Below, piece after piece: positions 46,978 to 57,015 of a DNA stretch of 64,000 nt. The notes beneath the pieces are model-generated. The model worked only from the letters and a program-made list of their open reading frames with translations, had not been told where the DNA came from and did not search any database. Position 1 is the stretch's first letter. Each line of letters starts with the position of its first letter. Position numbers and translations under genes: made by a program. This stretch comes from an uncultured archaeon (GTDB taxonomy: Archaea > Asgardarchaeota > Thorarchaeia > Thorarchaeales > Thorarchaeaceae), in assembly GCA_964610875.1 (NCBI GenBank), contig CAZSWP010000005.1, forward strand, positions 37,728 through 101,727, written 5' to 3'.

Positions 46978-47369
46978 TCCGAACCATCTTTCTTAATCGC
47001 TTCACGAACATATGCACCAAAGTCAGATACTTCACCATCACGTTGTATCCGAATCTTAGGTCCTTCACCTTTAATTTGCCTCTCAATGTACCGAACATCA
47101 AGACTACTGAACATTTGTCTTACTCCACGATAGACAATAAGATATAGAATAATCTCTTCAATCTTTGAGGCGATGTGTGGTTCTGTTTTTTTCAAGGCTG
47201 TCAAATACGACTTTGCTTCGGTTGCCAAGAAGCGCTCTAGTAATTTCTCTCTCTCAGCTTCTACTTTTTCTTGTTTCTCTTTTGTGGCTTTCAGCTGCTT
47301 CTCTCGCTGCATTATTTCTGCCATCTTCTTTCTTCGAATCATAGATAATTCAGAATCATCATCAGCCAC
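46974..47369 (-). CDS. PDCD5-like double-stranded DNA-binding protein
   Basis: DSELSMIRRKKMAEI; KIRIQR near the C-terminus. Confidence 0.7.
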   Translation of the reverse strand: MADDDSELSMIRRKKMAEIMQREKQLKATKEKQEKVEAEREKLLERFLATEAKSYLTALKKTEPHIASKIEEIILYLIVYRGVRQMFSSLDVRYIERQIKGEGPKIRIQRDGEVSDFGAYVREAIKKDGSD

Positions 47370-47499
47370 CGTATTTGCCTCATGGTTTTGATTTGAAGAG
47401 TGCCCTTAAGCGTGTCGATACAGCGAGGATTGGTTTTTTAGCAATCTTGTCTATGAGAATATCAAGTCCTTCTAGTATTATGAAACAGGTGAGTCATGG

Positions 47500-48441
47500 A
47501 TGTCAATACTTGACAGTGAAGATTGTGATAAGCTTGAGGGAGATGCTGATGACTATTCGTGCAAATTGAGGAATGAAAAACTACACCCAGCAGAAGTAAA
47601 AGAAAAATGCAAGAAGCCAGAACTTTCTGTCATTTGTGTTGACGCATATAGCTCATTATCCAGAGGACAGGAGAGCATGGACGCTGGTAGTACTGATGCA
47701 TTTCCTTGGTTCTTAGAATCAGCAAATCAGTTTGAAAATCTTGGTGAAACTGATAATGCAATTATGGCAACTCTAAAAGCTATTGACTATGCCACAAAGC
47801 TGAATCTCTTAGAGAAAGCATACACATTCTATTCTTATGGAAGAACTGTATATGAAGAGGGGAAAGCAACCAATGATCCTGCATTAAAAGACCCTGCAAT
47901 AAAACAGAAGTTATTGAAAGCAGGCCAAAGTATAGTCGCCAAAGCAAAAGAGATCAAAGAAGGATCTGCACTCTCAGATATGCAAGCAGAATTGAAAGCT
48001 AGCATTCTGGGTGGAATCAGTCTACAAAAAGTGAAGAAGGATGAAACCAAAGATTTAGTCATAAGTCACGGAAGAGCATTATATGAGAAAAAAGCAAACG
48101 AGTATCGGGAAGGAGCAGATAATTACATAAAATCCGGTCTAGTGAAAAATGCAGTTATTTTCGCCTGCATGTCGGCACTCTCGGAGCTTATGCTTGGCAA
48201 CCCAAAGGATGGTATGAAATATCTCTCAAGAGTTGCATCAGAACCAGAAAATAAGGAAGAGTTTCATAGCGACCCTTGTTTCCGTTGGACTAAGCTTATT
48301 TTCAAAGCCCTGATTAAAAGAGATACAGAAGCCATTGTGCAAGCAAAGAAATTGTTTCTACAGATACCTTGGAGTTATAAAGATGATAAAGAGTTTGCAA
48401 GGAGAGTAATGGACTCTGTTGCAAGACGACTTAATGCTTAA
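47500..48441 (+). CDS. Helical TPR/SNAP-like protein with Cys-rich N-terminus
   Basis: FLESANQFENLGETDNA and YREGADNYIKSGLVKNA repeats. Confidence 0.6.
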   Translation: MSILDSEDCDKLEGDADDYSCKLRNEKLHPAEVKEKCKKPELSVICVDAYSSLSRGQESMDAGSTDAFPWFLESANQFENLGETDNAIMATLKAIDYATKLNLLEKAYTFYSYGRTVYEEGKATNDPALKDPAIKQKLLKAGQSIVAKAKEIKEGSALSDMQAELKASILGGISLQKVKKDETKDLVISHGRALYEKKANEYREGADNYIKSGLVKNAVIFACMSALSELMLGNPKDGMKYLSRVASEPENKEEFHSDPCFRWTKLIFKALIKRDTEAIVQAKKLFLQIPWSYKDDKEFARRVMDSVARRLNA

Positions 48442-49780
48442 CTCTGAATTTTGCCATAAAGAAGCCATCTGTTTCATTCTTATGTGGGAACATTCGTCGG
48501 ACTCTCTGTGAGCATTTGAATCCCCTGTAGCCATTATTACCGAGATTAGAAACCTCTAGAAGCTCAATCATGTCCCGATCTAAAAGTGAGTCAATTTGTG
48601 ATTCACCTTCATGAGGTAATACAGAACAGGTTGAATAGAGAATTTCTGTTTCGGGGGAGTCTTGATAAGCATTAATGATACCTTCAAGGATTTTGTTCTG
48701 AATCGCCATTATACTGAACAATACATGTTTATTCAAGCGCCATTTGTAATACGGATGGCTCCATATCATGCCAGTTGATGTGCAAGGAGCATCAATCAGA
48801 ATTTTATCAGCGACTAAAACACAGGGATTGGATGCATCAGAGAGAACCCATTCTGTGTTCTTGAAACCATAATCTTGTGACCGTTTTCGAGCAGTTTTTA
48901 TTCTCCGTGGACTGATGTCGGTAGCGATAATTCGACCTTCTCCCTGAAGCATCTCTTCCATAACCTGAGTTTTCATTCCTGGAGCGGCACAAGCATCCCA
49001 CACAGTATCACCTGGTTTTACTTGAAGAGCTTTTGCTGCCATTACACTGGCATAATCTTGGACCAAAATCATCGATTTCTTGTATAGTTCAGAAGCTAGG
49101 AGCTTGGGAAGCCCTTCTTTCAAACGAAAGATGTCCTCATTCCTAGGAAGTTCTTGTAGAATTACACCAACAGGCGAGTTTTCAAGTATCTCATCATTGT
49201 GATTTTTTAATCGATTGATTCTGATATATCTTTGAGGAGGTTGATTATTCCGTCTTAGCAAATCAATAGCATCTTCGTTACCGAGATGTTTTCGCAATAT
49301 TTCAACCAGAAATGTTGGATGAGAGTAAATGATGCTAATCCGATTATCAGAGGGCATTTTTCGAGTGACTACTTCTAAATTGATTTTCTTTGCCTTCCTT
49401 AGAATTTGTTCGTATTTTGACCTGCTAGAGAAATAATCACTGAGAACATCGTCCACCTGAACTGTAGCCCATCTTATCTCAAAGACAGCAAGACGCAACC
49501 TTTGTTGTATATGGGGTGGTAGTCTATTAATATCAAGCCTTCTTGAAGAACGACTCAAAATGAAATCAATCGTGTTTAGAAATCTCATGGTGTTCATTGT
49601 CAAATACGTGATTTTTGATGATAGGTCACGCTTCAGAGAGAACTCCATTTCAAATCTTCTAAGAACAGCTCGTAGTGAAATATCTGATTCTTGATGTTTG
49701 ACTAATACATCAACTGCGTATTTTCGAGCCTTTCGGATTGAACGCAGTTCATATTTGCTATGGTCCATGACAATTACCAA
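48431..49780 (-). CDS. RsmB/NOP2 (Fmu) RNA m5C methyltransferase
   Basis: VQD, DACAAPGMKT, DAPCTSTG, YSTCSV, DGFF. Confidence 0.92.
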   Translation of the reverse strand: MVIVMDHSKYELRSIRKARKYAVDVLVKHQESDISLRAVLRRFEMEFSLKRDLSSKITYLTMNTMRFLNTIDFILSRSSRRLDINRLPPHIQQRLRLAVFEIRWATVQVDDVLSDYFSSRSKYEQILRKAKKINLEVVTRKMPSDNRISIIYSHPTFLVEILRKHLGNEDAIDLLRRNNQPPQRYIRINRLKNHNDEILENSPVGVILQELPRNEDIFRLKEGLPKLLASELYKKSMILVQDYASVMAAKALQVKPGDTVWDACAAPGMKTQVMEEMLQGEGRIIATDISPRRIKTARKRSQDYGFKNTEWVLSDASNPCVLVADKILIDAPCTSTGMIWSHPYYKWRLNKHVLFSIMAIQNKILEGIINAYQDSPETEILYSTCSVLPHEGESQIDSLLDRDMIELLEVSNLGNNGYRGFKCSQRVRRMFPHKNETDGFFMAKFRVKH

Positions 49781-51448
49781 TTATCCAAAGTCTACTTCAG
49801 GACCTATATGTACATATTTCATTCTTGTGAGCATCTCTTGGAAGTACTTCCCTCCGATGATTCCGGAGTCCTTGTAACCTCCTAAATGTGGCATATGTGG
49901 ATCAAAGTACAAGTGGTCTTGCCCCACGTTAATTCCTGCAGCTTGTACACCCTTCACCCACTGCATTCTAATATCAGGATCATCCGTAAAGACTGATGAA
50001 CGCAATCCGAATCGTGATGAATTAGCAATAGCTATTGCTTCTCCCACGGTTGATACTTTCAGAACTGGGAGAGCTGGAGCAAAGACTTCTTCCTTCACAA
50101 TTAGCATGTCAAGAGAGATATTTGTAAGCACCGTGGGTTTGTAAAATAGTCCAGCAGGGTCTCTCTCACCAAGGTAGTTCATCCGATAGCCCCCAGTTTC
50201 TATTTTTGCCCCTTTGCCTAAAGCATCATCCATTTGATCTAGCAATAGATAGAGTGCAGTAAGCCCGATTGGAGGAAGTGTAACATTGGGATTAGAAGGT
50301 CGACCTACTTTGAGTTTTTCAGCTTCATCAACTACTAGTCGAACAAGTTCTTCGAAAAGGGATTCTTGAACTAGAAGACGTTTTACAGCCATACAAGCCT
50401 GGCCACTTCCAAGATATCTGCCCTTCACAATCATCTTTGCTGCAAACTCCAAATCCACATCTCTGCCCCAAACAAGACTGGCGTCGCTGCCAGCAAGTTC
50501 TGGGGCCATTTGGATTCTTCGCCTCACAGCGGTGGACCACAATTCAAGACCACGATCACTATCACCATACCACACAATTGTTCCAACACGTGAGTCGGTA
50601 AGAAAGCGATTCATCAAACCCTTTCCACTACCTGTTATTGCTTGAATCATGGCTGGTGGAAATCCCATCTCGAGGAACTTCTGCATGAAGATTTTACCGA
50701 GTAGTATGGTACTTAGGGGGACTTTACTTGGTGGTTTAAGAATCGTTGAATTACCTGCAAGAATGGATGAAGTTATGCTCAGGATACCAAGTGCTAAAGG
50801 AGAATTATAAGGTGTAAATAGACATGCAACTCCAAAAGGTTCTCTGAACTGATAGTTACTACCACCATCTCGTCCAGGGCTTGTTTTTACATCTAAGGCA
50901 CGACCCCATATCTCAAAGGTATCTCTTTCAAGATATTCTGTAAACATATCCCAAGTCCAATTGAATGTGCCAATTGGAACACCCTCCTTTACAGATACCT
51001 CCTGAACCTTCTTGAATTCATCAGTAACAGCTACTCCCGCTTCATATAATGCATCTATACGTTCATCTAGGGTGACACCCATGTCAGCTCTTTTGAATGG
51101 ATTGAACAGTTTATCATGATCACGAACACCTGCATCCAATGCTCGATTGATATCATCATCTCTTGCTTTGCACACTTTAGCATAAGCTACTTCATCCAGT
51201 TCATCATTGGTGTAATCTGGTATTCCATGGTGTTTTCTAAAATCACGAAGATACCGCATCTCAGGGCTATTCTTTGGTATTAAAGAAGGAATCTTCTCGA
51301 AAACAAATTTCTGTGTTGATGACGACGCACGTAGTTGTAATGCAATTGCTAATCCTGGTTCCGTAATCACTTTGTCCATATCGGGAAAGATGGTATACTG
51401 TCCTGTGTCGACTTCTTTACCATCAACAAGTATTGGGTATACTTCCAT
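49781..51448 (-). CDS. NAD(P)-dependent aldehyde dehydrogenase
   Basis: REPFGV, PYNSP, LKP, ELAGSD, GQACMA, EEVFAP, GGYKDSG. Confidence 0.9.
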   Translation of the reverse strand: MEVYPILVDGKEVDTGQYTIFPDMDKVITEPGLAIALQLRASSSTQKFVFEKIPSLIPKNSPEMRYLRDFRKHHGIPDYTNDELDEVAYAKVCKARDDDINRALDAGVRDHDKLFNPFKRADMGVTLDERIDALYEAGVAVTDEFKKVQEVSVKEGVPIGTFNWTWDMFTEYLERDTFEIWGRALDVKTSPGRDGGSNYQFREPFGVACLFTPYNSPLALGILSITSSILAGNSTILKPPSKVPLSTILLGKIFMQKFLEMGFPPAMIQAITGSGKGLMNRFLTDSRVGTIVWYGDSDRGLELWSTAVRRRIQMAPELAGSDASLVWGRDVDLEFAAKMIVKGRYLGSGQACMAVKRLLVQESLFEELVRLVVDEAEKLKVGRPSNPNVTLPPIGLTALYLLLDQMDDALGKGAKIETGGYRMNYLGERDPAGLFYKPTVLTNISLDMLIVKEEVFAPALPVLKVSTVGEAIAIANSSRFGLRSSVFTDDPDIRMQWVKGVQAAGINVGQDHLYFDPHMPHLGGYKDSGIIGGKYFQEMLTRMKYVHIGPEVDFG

Positions 51449-51558
51449 GAAATCAAATCCTGAGATTTACGTGGAGGAGGCTGGCTTGAGAGCATCTAAT
51501 AGCCTTTTTGAACTGACAGCGTATTGTTCATTTAGTGAAAAACAGAGTTTACAGATAA

Positions 51559-52062
51559 TCATAAAATTCTCTCATATGTCTGAACAAGCATACCCTCGTA
51601 TTGTTCAAATGGTTCACCCCAAGGAGTGAAACCAAACCTTTTCATTAAGCGCTCTCCCACATCCTGCCCAACAAGTATATTGCAATAGTTTCGCTTACAT
51701 CCTTTTGCTCTACCATATTCAGCAAATTGGATGTACATGGCAGAAGCAAGTCCCGTACCTCTACACATTGGCTTCACTGTCTGATGTTCTCCGAAGAGGC
51801 CTTTCTCGGTGATGATAGCTTTATAGAAACCTACAATCTTTCCTTCAAGGCGTGAGCCAAAATAATGCTGGCCTGAGTTCATATCCTCAATAATCTGATC
51901 AATGGAATACATTCTCTTTTGTCGCCACTCTTCAGGATATTCTGTAGCAAGAGGCCATACCTCTTTCATAAGCTGAGAGAGTTCTTCGGCATCCCGTTCA
52001 CCGAATTCAATAATTCGAATCTCTTCAGCTGGAAAATCTGACATATGAACACATGAGGTCAA
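51559..52062 (-). CDS. GNAT-family N-acetyltransferase
   Basis: GKIVGF, TVKPMCRGTGLAS, KRFGF. Confidence 0.8.
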   Translation of the reverse strand: MTSCVHMSDFPAEEIRIIEFGERDAEELSQLMKEVWPLATEYPEEWRQKRMYSIDQIIEDMNSGQHYFGSRLEGKIVGFYKAIITEKGLFGEHQTVKPMCRGTGLASAMYIQFAEYGRAKGCKRNYCNILVGQDVGERLMKRFGFTPWGEPFEQYEGMLVQTYERIL

Positions 52063-52092
52063 AGGTCAAACTTCTTGATAAAACTCTCTGTG

Positions 52093-53217
52093 TCATATCA
52101 TGTCCGCTGCTGCATCATAAGCTTCCTGGATTGGAGTGCAAGCACCACATCTAGAGCATCCAGCAATGGTTTTGCTTGGTTCTAAATTATTGGAAAACAA
52201 GATTTTACCTAATGATTCAAAAAATGAAACCGCACCATCAAGATTACCAATATATGTTGGTACTGAATTGGCCAGTTGACTACCTTGAGCTGGTCGTACA
52301 GGAGTGACTATAGGCAGTACACCAAGATTGGTTATCTCCGCACATTTCCTTAATGTTAATTCCTCATCTTCTCCAAGACCATAAAGAACGAATGTTGTAA
52401 CGTTTCCTTTCCCAAATATCTCAATAGCTCTTTTCCACGACTGAAGATATCTTTCATATGTTGCATAGGAGTGTTTGCCAGGGCATATATCTCGACGTAT
52501 TTCATCATCCATGCTTTCAATATGTATTCCAACTGAATTGACACCTGCTTGTTTGAGATTAAGCATCTCGTTGTCATTCATTGGTGGTTCAAATTGTACT
52601 GCAATCGGAAGAGAACTCACATGGCGAACGGCTTTTGTAATAGACACAAGATTATCAATACCAACATCATCTTTGTTTGGAGTCCCTGTAGTTAATAGCA
52701 AATCCTGAACTACACCTTCAGCCAGTGCCTTTTCAAGAACTTCCGCTATTTGTTTGGGGGTCTTTTCTAGTAGCGTATCTCCTCTAAGATATGAATTTGG
52801 GATAGTACAGAACTTGCATTGAGTACCAGAAGTCCAATATCTACATGATTGATAGACGGTTGTTGCTAGGCAATCCTGACCATGGAGCAATGCAATTTGA
52901 CGAAATAGAACACCATCCCTATTTATTTTGGAATAGAATTGAGGAATTGGTACGACCTGAAGCTCGAATTCATTGTCATACAGCCAAATAGACTTCTTTT
53001 CGGTTGGTCGTAAAGAGGCTGATCCATATATCTTTGCCTCATCTTGTGTTCGGATTGGAATTCCACATGGACGTCCATTAGGCAACAAAAAGTATCGTCC
53101 ACCGACAGGTCCTGCTCCCCCCCTTCTTCCAGTGTCCTCACCTTCAGGAATGGTAGCACCTTCGGTGAGTAACCGGATTTTCAAGCGAAGGATTACTGAT
53201 GAGTCCATGAGATTCAA
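52093..53217 (-). CDS. Radical SAM protein, MSMEG_0568-like
   Basis: GRRGGAGP, IALLHGQDCLATTV, Cx8CxxC (CRYWTSGTQCKFC), LLTTGT, GCSRCGAC. Confidence 0.85.
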   Translation of the reverse strand: MNLMDSSVILRLKIRLLTEGATIPEGEDTGRRGGAGPVGGRYFLLPNGRPCGIPIRTQDEAKIYGSASLRPTEKKSIWLYDNEFELQVVPIPQFYSKINRDGVLFRQIALLHGQDCLATTVYQSCRYWTSGTQCKFCTIPNSYLRGDTLLEKTPKQIAEVLEKALAEGVVQDLLLTTGTPNKDDVGIDNLVSITKAVRHVSSLPIAVQFEPPMNDNEMLNLKQAGVNSVGIHIESMDDEIRRDICPGKHSYATYERYLQSWKRAIEIFGKGNVTTFVLYGLGEDEELTLRKCAEITNLGVLPIVTPVRPAQGSQLANSVPTYIGNLDGAVSFFESLGKILFSNNLEPSKTIAGCSRCGACTPIQEAYDAAADMI

Positions 53218-53232
53218 ATCCTTGAATGACTG

Positions 53233-54345
53233 TTATTCTTTGCCTTTCAATGCTTTAAGTACTAACTCTGGGAGGTCAATAACTGACATCCCATCAGATT
53301 TCCGAGCATCAAGCATATTCTTACAGAAAGGACATGCAGTGACGATGATGTCCGCACCAACATTGGAGGCATCTTCGACTCGCTTTTCACCAATTATCTT
53401 TGCTTTTTCAGTGAATAACATTCGCATACCTGCACCATTACCACAACAGGTTGCATCATCACGATTACGCTCCATTTCAACAAATTCATCTCGCGCAATA
53501 CTTTCGATTATACTCCTTGGTGGGAGGTATACACCCATGTGTCGTCCAAGATGACAGGGGTCGTGGTAGGTCAATTTCCGAGTCATTTTCAGCGGAGGAA
53601 TATTTTCCAGATGTTTCTCGAGAAACTGACTCAGATGAATGACAGGCTTATTGAGTACATATCCAAGTTTAGGATAGTCCTCACTCAGGACCCTGTAGCA
53701 CCCCGGACAGGTTACAACAATCATTTTAGCATCACTAGAATTAAGCAATTGAGAGTTGTGCTTTGCTACTTCTTCAGCATCATCTCTGAAACCAGTTCTG
53801 AGAAGAGGAGATCCACAACAGTATTCATCTGAGAGTATTTCGACTTGATAATTAAGGTATTCAAGAACCTCTACCGTGTCTCTAGCTATCTCCTTCTCGC
53901 GATATACTGCAGTACACCCCGTGAAATACAATACCTTTGCATCATTGTTGTCTTTAGAATACAACCATGTATTTCGATTTTCATGTGGTTCACTGAAGGG
54001 ATTATGATTTTTCGCAATAGATTCACGAAGTGTATCAAGTCCTCTAGGATAATCACCATCTTCTACTAATCTCACCCTAGTCTGTTCTACAATTGCAGCT
54101 ATGTCAACCTCAGGTTTGCACCAGGTAAAACAATGGCTACATTCAAGACATTGATAGAGAACTTCAATCGCTCTCTCATCGAGCTTTCTTACTCCTTCAT
54201 TTTCTTGGTACAGGACCAATGCACGTCCATGAGGAGTAGGTGAATCGGATCTCCATGCTAGGAAGGTGGGACAAACATGGCGACACATCTTTGGACAAGC
54301 AGCACATAAGCGAAGCATGTCACCCAATTTTTCATCTTCTATCAT
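53233..54345 (-). CDS. Fe-S/CCG-domain oxidoreductase (GlpC/HdrD-like)
   Basis: CAACPKMCRHVCP, CLECSHC...C, YCCG, YHDPCHLGR, TCCG, TACPFC. Confidence 0.88.
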   Translation of the reverse strand: MIEDEKLGDMLRLCAACPKMCRHVCPTFLAWRSDSPTPHGRALVLYQENEGVRKLDERAIEVLYQCLECSHCFTWCKPEVDIAAIVEQTRVRLVEDGDYPRGLDTLRESIAKNHNPFSEPHENRNTWLYSKDNNDAKVLYFTGCTAVYREKEIARDTVEVLEYLNYQVEILSDEYCCGSPLLRTGFRDDAEEVAKHNSQLLNSSDAKMIVVTCPGCYRVLSEDYPKLGYVLNKPVIHLSQFLEKHLENIPPLKMTRKLTYHDPCHLGRHMGVYLPPRSIIESIARDEFVEMERNRDDATCCGNGAGMRMLFTEKAKIIGEKRVEDASNVGADIIVTACPFCKNMLDARKSDGMSVIDLPELVLKALKGKE

Positions 54346-55769
54346 TCTCGCAACCCCAATCCAAGTTTTCCAGGATTCATGATTCCCTTTGGATCTAATG
54401 TCTGTTTGATTTCTTTCAGTACACTAAAACTAGAGCCAAGTTCATCTTCAGTATATGTACTACGAGATAGTCCAACACCATGTTGATGGCTCATTGTTCC
54501 ACCCTCTCTAAGACATGCTGCAACTCCATCATCCCAAATTTTTTTGTAAGTTGCCCATGCTGTTTCAGCATCAGGCTGTGAAGAGAAAAATATCATGTAG
54601 ATACTGCCGCCATTCTCATACATATGAGAAAAGTGGGACATAACGAATGCATCATGTACCTCCATGGCTTCCTTCATTGCAATGTATACATTCTCTAGTT
54701 TATCGTATGTCGCTACTATGTCTATGGTGTCCCCTATTGCATACCCACCAGTTGTGAACTTTGTCGGATAGTACATATCGAACCGGTGTTCCCACCACCT
54801 CTTGGATGGACCCTCACCCCAATCTACACCCTTGAACTGATTACAGATTTCTTGACACTTCTTATCTTCATAGTCTACTTTAGTTGTATCTCCATCAAAA
54901 GCAAGAAGAAGCATACACCATCCCTCTTGAACAGAGAAGTGTGCACTCATACTCATTGCTGTATCTTCTGGGTCATAGAGCCTGACAACAGAGGGCTTTA
55001 TGCCGTTCCTGAATATGACCCTGATTGCTTCTAAACCGGAATGTAAATCTGGAAATGCAATACTCCGAAATATTCTTTGTTCAGGGAAGGGAAAGAGACG
55101 TAGTGTAGCTTTTGTAATTACGCCCAAACATCCTTCTGAACCAATGAACAACTGTTTCAAGTCAGGACCCACAGAATGTCTAGGTACTGCTTTGAATTCG
55201 ATTATATCGCCTTGTGGGAGGATAACTTCCATACCGAGTGTCATGTCTTCTATTTTCCCGTAGAGAGAGGACATAGATCCTCCAGAACGTGTTGCGATGA
55301 ATCCTCCTAAATTGGATGCGCGGACAGATGTGGGGGTATGACCAGTCGTATATCCTCTCCGATTTACAGCTTCTTCTAACTCGATGCCAACTATACCAGC
55401 TTCTGCAGTTACTAACATGGATTCATCATCAATATGCAAAATCTTGTCCATGCGTTTCAAATCAAGCTGGATCCCGCCATAAATTGGTAATGTTCCACCG
55501 CATGTGCCAGCCCCGCCACCAACAGGAGTGACCGGTACTTCAAGTTTATTACATATTTTCAATACTTGAGAAACCTCTTCTGGTGACGCTGGATAGACAA
55601 TTGCATCAGCAAGAGGTAGCATTTCACCTGCGCGTATCTTAGCCTCGCTTAATGGCCAAGCATCATGAGCGTTGAGAATTCTATCCGTTACTTGTATTGT
55701 TATGTATTCATTGCCAACTATCTTTGAGATTTGGGATTCAAGTTCAGAGAGCATTTCTTCAGACAGCAT
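54342..55769 (-). CDS. FAD-linked oxidase, alkyl-DHAP-synthase (AGPS)-like
   Basis: PVGGGAG, GHTPTS, GGFIATRSGG, YGKIED, GPDLKQLFIGSEG, RLYD, SHQHGVG, DPKGIMNPGK. Confidence 0.8.
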   Translation of the reverse strand: MLSEEMLSELESQISKIVGNEYITIQVTDRILNAHDAWPLSEAKIRAGEMLPLADAIVYPASPEEVSQVLKICNKLEVPVTPVGGGAGTCGGTLPIYGGIQLDLKRMDKILHIDDESMLVTAEAGIVGIELEEAVNRRGYTTGHTPTSVRASNLGGFIATRSGGSMSSLYGKIEDMTLGMEVILPQGDIIEFKAVPRHSVGPDLKQLFIGSEGCLGVITKATLRLFPFPEQRIFRSIAFPDLHSGLEAIRVIFRNGIKPSVVRLYDPEDTAMSMSAHFSVQEGWCMLLLAFDGDTTKVDYEDKKCQEICNQFKGVDWGEGPSKRWWEHRFDMYYPTKFTTGGYAIGDTIDIVATYDKLENVYIAMKEAMEVHDAFVMSHFSHMYENGGSIYMIFFSSQPDAETAWATYKKIWDDGVAACLREGGTMSHQHGVGLSRSTYTEDELGSSFSVLKEIKQTLDPKGIMNPGKLGLGLRE

Positions 55770-55776
55770 TCATACT

Positions 55777-57015
55777 TCACTCCTTGAGAGGTAGATGCCT
55801 GGCAATAAATACAGCCAAATCAAAGACCTCCACATCACTACCTTTTCTAAAGAGGTTCTCTTCAATCTGAGCTGAGCAAAGAGGACATGGCGTGACTAGC
55901 ATAGTTGCGCCCGTATTCTCTATGGCTGTCATATTCTCTTCTACTATCTTTCTTGCTACATCGGGAGCGTGTCGAACAACAAGACCACCGCCGCCACAGC
56001 AGTTATCATATGCTTCAGAAACCTTCACTTGAACCCCAGGTATGAGACCCGCAATACCAATTGCATATTCAGTGATCTGTCGTGAAGTGTGGCGGATTAA
56101 GTGACACGGGTCATGCAATGTGATTGTGAGTTTTTGTTGTTCTGCAACACGTTTGAATTCTTCAGCTACACGATCCAAGCCTATTTTCTCAACGATAAAT
56201 TCAAGAAGATGGTAAACCCTAACACCCCAGTCATGAAGGGTAGTGAGTTCATTCAAATTCGAAGTGCAACCTGCACAGGTTGTGACTATAGTCTTGATCC
56301 CCATTTTCCTAAGCTTCTTGTTAAGTGTATCAGTTAGTTCAGTTGCTTTTTCAGAATCACCGATAAGACGAGAGGGAAGACTACAGCATGATAGTTCATC
56401 AAGCATGGTATATTTGATGTTGAAGTGTTTTAGAATGAGTTTTCCAGCCTCACGGACTTCTTGTGCAAGCTCTTCAGCTTGACAACCGGGATAGAAAAGA
56501 AGTTCAGAATCAGATTCGAGAGGATCTTCGATGAATGGAAGCTTCAATCTTTCCAATCGCATCATTTTGCTATCCAGCTTCTCTTCAGGATCCACCCATG
56601 GTTCAAAAGCAAGGTTATGTTTACGAACTATCTCAGCTTGTTCTACAAGACCTTTTGGTACTAATTCTGGCATTTGATTGAATATCCTTCGTCTCACAAG
56701 ATTGACTATTTCAGGGATATTGACATTCTTCGGACATACTTCCCTACATGTGCCACATCCTGTACAGAGATAGACTTTGTCTGCAGTCGACCAGAACTCG
56801 GGAGGAGTTCTACTCAATTCGACCGCAATACTTCTCGGTCCTGAGAATCTATCAACACCTACCGCCGTTACGACTGGACAATGATTGATACAGAGACCAC
56901 AGTTTATGCAGTCCTCCGAACTTTTCACAAATTCAAGTTCCCCTGGAGAATACTGGATTATTTTTTCTTCCTTCAGTGTTCCTTTTACAAATTCATATGC
57001 TTCTTCTTCACTCAT
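55777..57015 (-). CDS. glpC: Anaerobic glycerol-3-phosphate dehydrogenase subunit C-like
   Basis: Two CxxCxxCxxxCP motifs, CCG domains, directly after glpB. Confidence 0.78.
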   Translation of the reverse strand: MSEEEAYEFVKGTLKEEKIIQYSPGELEFVKSSEDCINCGLCINHCPVVTAVGVDRFSGPRSIAVELSRTPPEFWSTADKVYLCTGCGTCREVCPKNVNIPEIVNLVRRRIFNQMPELVPKGLVEQAEIVRKHNLAFEPWVDPEEKLDSKMMRLERLKLPFIEDPLESDSELLFYPGCQAEELAQEVREAGKLILKHFNIKYTMLDELSCCSLPSRLIGDSEKATELTDTLNKKLRKMGIKTIVTTCAGCTSNLNELTTLHDWGVRVYHLLEFIVEKIGLDRVAEEFKRVAEQQKLTITLHDPCHLIRHTSRQITEYAIGIAGLIPGVQVKVSEAYDNCCGGGGLVVRHAPDVARKIVEENMTAIENTGATMLVTPCPLCSAQIEENLFRKGSDVEVFDLAVFIARHLPLKE

